The notes under the pieces were generated by a model that was given only the letters and a program-made list of their open reading frames with translations, ran no database searches and was not told where the DNA came from. 31,563 nt of DNA. Origin: a virus. Its lineage: Duplodnaviria > Caudoviricetes. Where the stretch lies: positions 1-31,563 of the IMG/VR virus record IMGVR_UViG_3300012890_000011, one strand, 5' to 3'. Below, in pieces: positions 16,395-23,816 of this stretch (the stretch's first letter is position 1; each line of letters begins with the position of its first letter). Made by a program: the position numbers and the translations under genes.

Positions 16395-17204
16395 ATGTTA
16401 TCGCTCCTCATAGGCGCCTTCCTCGCTCACTCGCATCAGGTCGTCTACGACGACGCCGATGCAGCTCCGATCTGGTCTGTCGACCAGGCTCTTCTTCAAA
16501 AAGCCTGGATGAAGGGATGGGAAGAGGGCAAGAAGAAAAAGGGAAACCTCGATAATCTTCTCGACTTCCTACGTACCGACATGGGACGAGTCCGATCACC
16601 TACGGGGGAACGTTGGCGCGCATCGTGCGTGATACCGTTCCCCCCATTCGCGAAGATGGAGTTGGCAGGGTTCCAGTCCGGGCGTCGATTCGAAACCTAT
16701 GAAAGCGAGGGCAAAGCTGTCGTTGAGGACGTAGCCACTCACCGGAACTCGGCTGATCGAACGATCGCCTTCGCCATCCAACTGAACGCCTGGCCAGGCC
16801 TGAGCGACTACAACGGAGACATCAATCGCCGCGCGAACCAAAAGGACGTTCGGGCATCCGACTTCGTCCTCATGATCGACGATCGTAAGATCAAGCTCAA
16901 AGACACTCTGGAAGGCGAGTCCAGCACGCTGAATGGGAGCGTAAGCGTCCCGATCACCGATACGTCGACCTCATCTGTTTCTTCAGGTGGCCGAACCTAC
17001 TCCTCGACGGTCACCTACACGACGAACCAGACTCATGGCTACGACGCGTACAGCGCGATCTACGGTTTGGTCTTCCCGTACTTCGCGCCAGATGGCAAGC
17101 CATACATCACCAAGAACACCAAAAGTATTTTTCTGCGTGTCGTGATGCCGAACGGGGTCCGAGACGTATCCCTGGATCTGGCGAAGCTCAAGACGAACCT
17201 CTAG
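16395..17204 (+). CDS. Putative exported/envelope protein (moron)
   Basis: Short hydrophobic N-terminus MLSLLIGAFLA; lower GC; in frame with ORF 16209..17204; followed by a hairpin. Confidence 0.7.
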   Translation: MLSLLIGAFLAHSHQVVYDDADAAPIWSVDQALLQKAWMKGWEEGKKKKGNLDNLLDFLRTDMGRVRSPTGERWRASCVIPFPPFAKMELAGFQSGRRFETYESEGKAVVEDVATHRNSADRTIAFAIQLNAWPGLSDYNGDINRRANQKDVRASDFVLMIDDRKIKLKDTLEGESSTLNGSVSVPITDTSTSSVSSGGRTYSSTVTYTTNQTHGYDAYSAIYGLVFPYFAPDGKPYITKNTKSIFLRVVMPNGVRDVSLDLAKLKTNL

Positions 17205-17230
17205 CCGCCCAAATCGCACCGACCTCACCC

Positions 17231-17272
17231 AGAGGGCGACCTTCGCTATGAAGGTCGCCCTCTCGTCGTTTT
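17231..17272 (+). terminator. 14-bp perfect hairpin, putative terminator
   Basis: agagggcgaccttc-gctat-gaaggtcgccctct followed by cgtcgtttt. Confidence 0.7.
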
Positions 17273-17284
17273 CACCGAACACTC

Positions 17285-20200
17285 ATGTCCGCTGTCACCG
17301 TAGCAGAACTTCTCGTCGCCTTTCGAGGCGATACCACCGGCTTCGACAAGGCCAATCTGAGCGTTCGACAGAACCTCGTGAAGACCGCCGTCACCGCCGA
17401 AGAGACGGCGGAGGCCTTCCTACACCTCGCATCGGGCATCGGCACGTCGGGAGCAGCATACGAAGCCGCGTCGGTCCAGGCCGCGACCTACACACGGGTC
17501 GCGCTCGACTCCGCGAAGGCCTCGGAGGCGGCGGCCACCGCCTTCGTTGTGGCGTCGCGCGAAGCTGGCACTGTCGAGGCCGCGTTGACCCTTGCGGTCG
17601 CCTCCGCTCGCTCCGCCTCGACCGAGTTCGTCAAGACGGGCGGCTCCGCGACGAGGATGAAGGTCGAGATGGCCGCGCTCAAGAGCGAGGTCATGGGCCT
17701 GAACCGCACGCTGAACGCCCAGGCGTCGATGAGCATTGCGACCAAGCTCGACGCCGGAGCGACTGCGGCCTCAGCGATGGAGGCGCGGGTCGCTGCTCTT
17801 ACCGCCCAGATGGCGGCACTGAACGCCGAACTCGCGGCGACGAAGGCGACCGGCTTCCCCTCGGTCCCGACAGGGGGACGTGGGGGCGCGGCTGGAACGC
17901 CTGGAGGCAACTTCGCGGGCAAGGCGATCGGGGCGGGCAACTCCGTAGGGCGTTCTCTGACGAACTACGTCACCACGCCGATCCTCCTGGCCGACGCGGC
18001 GAGCCTCAAGTTCGCGGGCGACTTCGACACCGCCATGCGGAACGTCAACTCGCTGGCGAAGCTCTCGGAGTCGGGCTTCAGGGACCTGGAGAAATCGGTT
18101 CTCGGGCTGGTGGACGACCCCAGGATTCGCCAGATGCCCTCCGACCTCGCGGAAGGTCTGTACGACGTCCAGGGGAGAGGTTTCAAGGGCGCCGAGGCTA
18201 TGGACGTCTTGCGGCAATCGGCTATCGGCGCGTCCGCGGGCATGACCACCACCCTCACCTCGGCGGCGGCTCTCGGCGCGGTCCTGAACTCCCACGTCAA
18301 GGGGGTCAAGGACTCGAAGGAGGCGATGGACGTTCTCTTCACCGAGGTCGATCTCGGCGCGAACAGCTTCGAGGCCCTCGCGACCAGCCTGGGGCCGGTG
18401 CTACCTACGGCCGCCGCTGCGGGCGTCAGTCTCCAGGAGCTTATGGCCGGGTTCGTGGTCATGACCAACCAGGGGAATTCCGCAGCCGAGGCGGCCACCT
18501 CCTACAACAACATGATGACGCACATCATCAAGCCGAGCAAAGACGCGGCTGAGGTGATGCACGCGCTGGGAATCGAGTACGGGATCAACGCGCTCCAGAG
18601 CAAGGGCCTCGCGGGATGGCTCAAGGAGGTCTCGGAGAAGACCGGCGGGAACAAGCAGGCCCTCATCCAGCTCATGCCCGAGCTTCGCGGCATGAAGGGC
18701 CTCCTCGCCACGGTCAACGACGGAGGAAAGGCCTATGCCATCGCGCTGGAGGGCACGAAGCGGGCTTCCGAGGGCGCGGGTGCCGCCGCGAAGGCCAACG
18801 CCGAGCAACAGAAGAGTCTCGGGTTCGAGACGGACAAGATGAAGCAGGAGGCCGCACGAGCCGCCATCGCACTCGGAAACGAACTGGTGCCCGCCGCTCG
18901 AGACGTAATCGGCGTGGTCCGGGACGCGACGAGGTGGTTCAACTCGCTCGACGCGCAGACCCGTTCGAACATCGTCAGGTGGGGACTCTACGCCGCCGCG
19001 ATGGGGCCAGTGGTCAAGGTCGGAACGACGTTCGCCAACGGCATCCGAGCGGTGATGGGCCTTCGGACCGCCTACGTCGCCTCACAGACGGCGATGGCGG
19101 CGGCGAACGTCGCGACGGCGACCAGCGCCACCACGGCCACAGCGGCGGTGGGCGGTCTCGCCACGTCGATCGGCGGGATCGTCGCCCTCGCGGCGGCGCC
19201 CATCGTCGTGACGTTCCTCATGAAGAAGATCGGAGACGACTTCGAGGATTCCGTCGCACAGGCTCGCGCCGACAACGCGAAAGGCTACGACAAACTCCAG
19301 TTCGAAGCGAGGAAGAAGGCGCGGGCCTTCTACAACGCCCACGGCGAGAAGGAGACGATGGCCTATGCCGGAACCAACCCAGGCGGCAGGTACATCGGCT
19401 TCGACGTCGCGACGGCTAAGGAGGCGATCGCCTCCGAGAAGCGGATGGCGATGGACCGCCAGTACCGCGACTCGGTTCTCAACTCTCATGCCAAGGCCGA
19501 GGCCGAGAAAGCGAAGAACGCACACGCCGCGGCTGCTCGACAGGCGCAGCAGGACCAGGAGGCCTCACGACGGGCGGCGGGCATCCTCGCCGGACTGGGA
19601 GCGGACAAGGAGCGCAAAGGCCGGAAGGCGAAGGAGACCGATCCCCTCGACCAGTACCGCGAGCAGCAGTACCAGCTCAAGAAGTCTCTCGCGTTGGGTC
19701 CGGACGCGCCCGAGTCGGCGTCGATGGCCTACGACATCGCGAAGCGGCACCTCGACGGGCTTTCGGGCATGAAGGGCGCCGCCGGGAAGAGCGGCGCGGA
19801 TCTTGGCGCCGAGATCGTCAAGCACGCTGGGGACGCCATCAAAACCCCGGCGGGCCAGGCGTCCTGCGCCTACTTCGCCAGCGCGGTCATGAAGGCGGCT
19901 GGGGCGAAGGTTCCCGGGAGCGCGAGCGCGAAAGGCCTTCGGGACAGCATGGTCGCCAGCGGCGCCGTGCCCCACCCCGCTTCCGAGGCGAAGGCCGGCG
20001 ACGTCATCATATGGAAGGGCAGGCGGTACGGCGCGATCAAGGACGCGGACGGCCAGGGCTATCACGCCGGAATCGCGATGGGCGACGGCACGGTCCGGGC
20101 CTCGTCGGGCGGCCGGGTCCGCACCATGCCGATATACGACGCGGCGCACGCGACCGCCTACACGCTTCCCGGCGCGGGCGGCGCGTCCGACTCCTCGATC

Positions 20201-21589
20201 GTCGCGGCGGCGCGGCGCAACCTCGCTCTGCAACTCGCGGTCGAGAGGGGCGAGAAGGCGCTGAAGGCGAGGGAGGACGCCGCCGACAAGGCGAAGGATC
20301 GCGCAAAGGAGGTCGCGGATCTGATGCAGGCCGCCAAAAGGGCCGCGAACGAGGCGTCGCGCGCGGTTCTCGCCACCAAGCTCGGCACCGACGAGGACAC
20401 GCTCTCGCTGGCCGCCTACGGGGTTCCGTTCGCGGACATCCCCAAGGTTCTCGGCAAGGCGGGCAAGGCGATCCAGTCGGCCATCGCCCAGCAGGCCAAG
20501 GCGGTCAAGGATCAGCGGGCGGCGGAAGTCGACCCTCGTGACGCCGGTTTCGATGACGGGAGCGACATGGCGCGGGACTTGAGATCCAAGCGCGCCGAGA
20601 AGGCCCTGGAGGCGTCGCGAAGGTCGATCGAGGAGTTCGAGGGGATCATGCGATCCAACGCCGACAAGAGGGACGAGGGAGGCGCGACTTCCCTCGCGGC
20701 GCGCCGGACCCATTACGTCAAGGAACAGGTCGGCGGGCTGAAGACCACCGGCGACTTCGGTCTGGACCTGGAGCGTCAGCGGCAGGTGGCCAAGGCGGCG
20801 GGAGAGGCCTTCGACGCCACGCCGATCCGGGCCTACCGTTCGGCCATGCGGGATCTATCCCGCCAGCTCGGAGAGCTGGGGCCCCAGACCGACGCCGCTC
20901 GCATCGCCGCCATCCGATTCGACTCGGACGGGCTGGAGAGGATGGACGAGGACAGTGCCAAGGCCATCCTCGCGCTGGAGAAGCTGACCGACAAGATGAG
21001 GGCGCAGAAGGAGACCGCCCGGCAGGCTGGGGACGCTCTGGGCCAGGCCTTTACCGGGGCCATGACCGACGGACTCAACCACGGCTTTATGGGATTCCTG
21101 CGCGCGCTCGTCTCCAACGTCGACCAAGCCATCCGGCAGGCCGTTCTCGCAAAGTTCGCGTCGGGGATCTCCAACCTTGTCGCTGGAGTTCTCGGACCGA
21201 AAGGACCGGGGGTCAAAGACCCCGGAATGACCGGCTCTGGTGGCTCCCTGGCGGCCTTGGCGGGGGCTCTTCCAGCCTTTTTGCCTCACTTCGCCAAAGG
21301 AGGCCCCGTCGGCGCGGGCGAGGCGGTGGTCGTGGGCGACGGCGGCAACGGCAGCGGCACGGAGGTCTTCGTGCCGCGCGTCGCGGGCAACATCCTCCCG
21401 AACGAGTTCGTTCAGGGCGTGACGAACATGGCGAACAACCGGAACGAATCCAAAGGCGGCGACACGCACAACACCTTCAACCACAGTCCGACGATCCAGG
21501 TCTCGGGGCCGGTGGACCGAAGGAGCCTCCAGCAGATCAAGACGGCGTCCTACGAAGGCGCCCGTCAGGCCTGGGAGGCGGCCCGGTAG
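17285..21589 (+). CDS. Tail tape measure protein, TP901 family, with internal NlpC/CHAP-like hydrolase domain
   Basis: 1434 aa, Ala-rich; FDTAMRNVNS, DLAEGLYDV..G and G.SAAEAAT core; C-terminal FAKGGPV...VVG..G.EVFVP..G.I.PN. Confidence 0.95.
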   Translation: MSAVTVAELLVAFRGDTTGFDKANLSVRQNLVKTAVTAEETAEAFLHLASGIGTSGAAYEAASVQAATYTRVALDSAKASEAAATAFVVASREAGTVEAALTLAVASARSASTEFVKTGGSATRMKVEMAALKSEVMGLNRTLNAQASMSIATKLDAGATAASAMEARVAALTAQMAALNAELAATKATGFPSVPTGGRGGAAGTPGGNFAGKAIGAGNSVGRSLTNYVTTPILLADAASLKFAGDFDTAMRNVNSLAKLSESGFRDLEKSVLGLVDDPRIRQMPSDLAEGLYDVQGRGFKGAEAMDVLRQSAIGASAGMTTTLTSAAALGAVLNSHVKGVKDSKEAMDVLFTEVDLGANSFEALATSLGPVLPTAAAAGVSLQELMAGFVVMTNQGNSAAEAATSYNNMMTHIIKPSKDAAEVMHALGIEYGINALQSKGLAGWLKEVSEKTGGNKQALIQLMPELRGMKGLLATVNDGGKAYAIALEGTKRASEGAGAAAKANAEQQKSLGFETDKMKQEAARAAIALGNELVPAARDVIGVVRDATRWFNSLDAQTRSNIVRWGLYAAAMGPVVKVGTTFANGIRAVMGLRTAYVASQTAMAAANVATATSATTATAAVGGLATSIGGIVALAAAPIVVTFLMKKIGDDFEDSVAQARADNAKGYDKLQFEARKKARAFYNAHGEKETMAYAGTNPGGRYIGFDVATAKEAIASEKRMAMDRQYRDSVLNSHAKAEAEKAKNAHAAAARQAQQDQEASRRAAGILAGLGADKERKGRKAKETDPLDQYREQQYQLKKSLALGPDAPESASMAYDIAKRHLDGLSGMKGAAGKSGADLGAEIVKHAGDAIKTPAGQASCAYFASAVMKAAGAKVPGSASAKGLRDSMVASGAVPHPASEAKAGDVIIWKGRRYGAIKDADGQGYHAGIAMGDGTVRASSGGRVRTMPIYDAAHATAYTLPGAGGASDSSIVAAARRNLALQLAVERGEKALKAREDAADKAKDRAKEVADLMQAAKRAANEASRAVLATKLGTDEDTLSLAAYGVPFADIPKVLGKAGKAIQSAIAQQAKAVKDQRAAEVDPRDAGFDDGSDMARDLRSKRAEKALEASRRSIEEFEGIMRSNADKRDEGGATSLAARRTHYVKEQVGGLKTTGDFGLDLERQRQVAKAAGEAFDATPIRAYRSAMRDLSRQLGELGPQTDAARIAAIRFDSDGLERMDEDSAKAILALEKLTDKMRAQKETARQAGDALGQAFTGAMTDGLNHGFMGFLRALVSNVDQAIRQAVLAKFASGISNLVAGVLGPKGPGVKDPGMTGSGGSLAALAGALPAFLPHFAKGGPVGAGEAVVVGDGGNGSGTEVFVPRVAGNILPNEFVQGVTNMANNRNESKGGDTHNTFNHSPTIQVSGPVDRRSLQQIKTASYEGARQAWEAAR

Positions 21590-22261
21590 ATGGTCGACCT
21601 TGTGGTTCTCGACCCCCTCAGTTCCGAGGGGTGGACGGCCAAGCAGAAGGGGAAGGTCGCCATCGGCGAGGTGGACAGCGGGTCGGAGCGGCGGGTGCGC
21701 AAGTGGCCCGTCACCCGCCGCGAGTACAACATCCCCTACCGGGCTCGCACCGCAGAGAAGTGGATCCGGCTCATGGAGTTCCACGAGCTGAGGGGGACCA
21801 CCGAGCGGGGGTTCCTCATCTGGGACATCTACCGCGCCTATATCCAGAACGAGCGCATCGGGACCGGCAACGGCACGAACAAGACGTTCCAGCTCACGAA
21901 GACCATCGCGGACGCGGCGAACGCGGTCGTCCGCACGATCCGCTACCCGGTGCCCACGGGGACGCCCCTCCCGATCAACGTGAGGGGACAGGCGATCGCG
22001 CAGGGCTTGCCGCAGGGGCAGACGACGGCCCAAACGATCGTCACCGTCGCCGGGTCGCCAAGGACGGAAGGGACGCAGTTCACCGTCTCCCTGACGACCG
22101 GCGCGGTGACGTTCGCCACCGCGCCGCCGGCGGGCGCGGCGGTCGTCGTGACCTTCTTCGCCTACGTCCCGGTCCGCTTCCTCGACGAGGAGATGAGCGT
22201 CGAGACGATGAGCATCCTGGGCGACAACGAGAGCGCTCTTATCGAACTTCTGAACGAATAG
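21590..22261 (+). CDS. Distal tail protein, DUF2460 (TIGR02217, RcGTA g12-like)
   Basis: SGSERR..KW, FH...G...GF, IGTGNG...FQL.K, VTFATAPPAGA and VPVRF motifs. Confidence 0.9.
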   Translation: MVDLVVLDPLSSEGWTAKQKGKVAIGEVDSGSERRVRKWPVTRREYNIPYRARTAEKWIRLMEFHELRGTTERGFLIWDIYRAYIQNERIGTGNGTNKTFQLTKTIADAANAVVRTIRYPVPTGTPLPINVRGQAIAQGLPQGQTTAQTIVTVAGSPRTEGTQFTVSLTTGAVTFATAPPAGAAVVVTFFAYVPVRFLDEEMSVETMSILGDNESALIELLNE

Positions 22262-22264
22262 ACC

Positions 22265-23161
22265 ATGCCCAAAACCACCCCTCCCGGCCTTCTGGATCCG
22301 GGCCGCGTCCTTTGCCTCGCCGTCAAGGTGGTCCGAAAGGACGGCGTGACGATCGGCCTCACCGACACGAACGTTCCCTTCGTCTTCGAGGGCGTCTCCT
22401 ACTCGCCGGTCGGCGGCGTCTCCTCGTCGACCATCCAGAGCGACACCGGAACGTCGGCGGGCTCCCTGACGTTCAGGACGCTCGAAGGGGTGTCGGACGC
22501 GGTGGGCGCCTCCATCACCGCCGAGGACCTTCGGGGGGGTCTCTACGGCGGCGCGCAGGCCTGGGTCTACGAGCTGGACCCCACCGCGCCGCAGCTCGGC
22601 GCGATGATCCACAACCGCTACGTCTTCACCAAGGCGACCATCCGGGACGCCGACAAGGAGATCGAGCTTAGGGAAGCCCTCTACCGGCTCAAGAACGCGA
22701 CCGGTCGCACGGTCACCTCTGCCTGCGACGTGGCGAAGGTTTGGGACAAGCGGTGCGACCCGCATCAGACCCTCAAGGGCGCCTACTCGTTCTCGCGCAC
22801 CGTGTCGGGGGTGCCGGGCGAGTTCACGGTGGACTTCTCCGGGGACGCCCACGGCGACGGGTACTACAGCTCCGGATACTTGGAATGGACCTCGGGCCGA
22901 AACACGGGCCTGGGCGACGACATCAAGCTCCACGAGAGCCTTCCGGGCAACGTGGCGAGGATCACCCTCAAGACGCCTCCGGGCTTCGACGTCGATTCGG
23001 GCGACGTCGCCACTCTCGTCCGGGGATGCGACCGGAGTCGCGAGACCTGCCGGACGATCGCCAACCCGCACAACCCGAGCGGGACGAACATCGAGAACAA
23101 CCAGGGCTTCAAGCTCCCCCTCCCCGACGACATCGCCCGGGTCGGACGCCAGACGAAATAG
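22265..23161 (+). CDS. Baseplate hub protein, DUF2163 (TIGR02218, RcGTA g13-like)
   Basis: RKDG..IGLTD, IT.EDL.GGLY.GA, C....D.RC, G.LEWTSG.N.G, GCDRS..TC and N..GF motifs. Confidence 0.9.
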   Translation: MPKTTPPGLLDPGRVLCLAVKVVRKDGVTIGLTDTNVPFVFEGVSYSPVGGVSSSTIQSDTGTSAGSLTFRTLEGVSDAVGASITAEDLRGGLYGGAQAWVYELDPTAPQLGAMIHNRYVFTKATIRDADKEIELREALYRLKNATGRTVTSACDVAKVWDKRCDPHQTLKGAYSFSRTVSGVPGEFTVDFSGDAHGDGYYSSGYLEWTSGRNTGLGDDIKLHESLPGNVARITLKTPPGFDVDSGDVATLVRGCDRSRETCRTIANPHNPSGTNIENNQGFKLPLPDDIARVGRQTK

Positions 23162-23177
23162 CCCCCCTGGGCGACTG

Positions 23178-23387
23178 TTAGTCCTCGTCTTCCACAAGCA
23201 CCTGGATCGTCGAGGGGCTGAACTCCGCCGGGATCGTGCCGGTTTCTCCGTTCTCGTCCACCTCGGTCTCCATCGTCAGTCCCTCGGGCCCCGTCACCAG
23301 CACCCGCGTCCCTTCCGGAGCCGGGTGGACCTTCACGCCTTCCTTCCCCGGATCGTCGATCGAAGTCGTCTTCGCGCTCTCAGCCAT
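23178..23387 (-). CDS. Hypothetical 69-aa acidic protein, antisense
   Basis: Fills the gap between hub and NlpC genes; coding-like codon usage on the minus strand. Confidence 0.6.
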   Translation of the reverse strand: MAESAKTTSIDDPGKEGVKVHPAPEGTRVLVTGPEGLTMETEVDENGETGTIPAEFSPSTIQVLVEDED

Positions 23388-23396
23388 GGACCCACT

Positions 23397-23816
23397 ATGC
23401 CACTAAGCACCCAAGAACGATTCGCGCGCGCCGCAACACAGCTAGAGGGCGTCCCCTTCACCGACCACGGTCGAGACCCGAAAGTGGGCCTTGACTGCGC
23501 GGGCCTGCTCATCGCCGCCGCGCGCAAGGTGGGCCTAAAGCCGCAGGATCGCCCCTACGTCATCGTGCGCGGCTCGGACTACTGGAAGCCCATGGCCGAG
23601 ATCGTGGAGGCCCTCGCCTATCCGGTCGAGGGCGAATGGGAGCGGGGCGACGTTCTCGGCTTCCGCTACGGCCCCATGAAGAACCACCTCGGCGTCTATC
23701 TCGGCGGCGGGAAGCTCGTCCACGCCTGGGACGCCACCGGAATTCGGAAGGTCGTCGTGACGGTCATGGACCCGCCCCTAAGCCGCAAGGTCGTCGCCGC
23801 CTGGAGGCTCCGCTAG
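23397..23816 (+). CDS. Tail-associated NlpC/P60 peptidase (TIGR02219, RcGTA g14-like)
   Basis: G.PF..HGR....GLDCAGL, GDVL.FR, HLGVY and VHAW motifs; ATG at 23397. Confidence 0.92.
   Translation: MPLSTQERFARAATQLEGVPFTDHGRDPKVGLDCAGLLIAAARKVGLKPQDRPYVIVRGSDYWKPMAEIVEALAYPVEGEWERGDVLGFRYGPMKNHLGVYLGGGKLVHAWDATGIRKVVVTVMDPPLSRKVVAAWRLR

Noticed and set aside
9351-23816. Contractile injection system or tailocin interpretation
   Set aside because: No sheath or baseplate wedge genes; full head and packaging genes are present.
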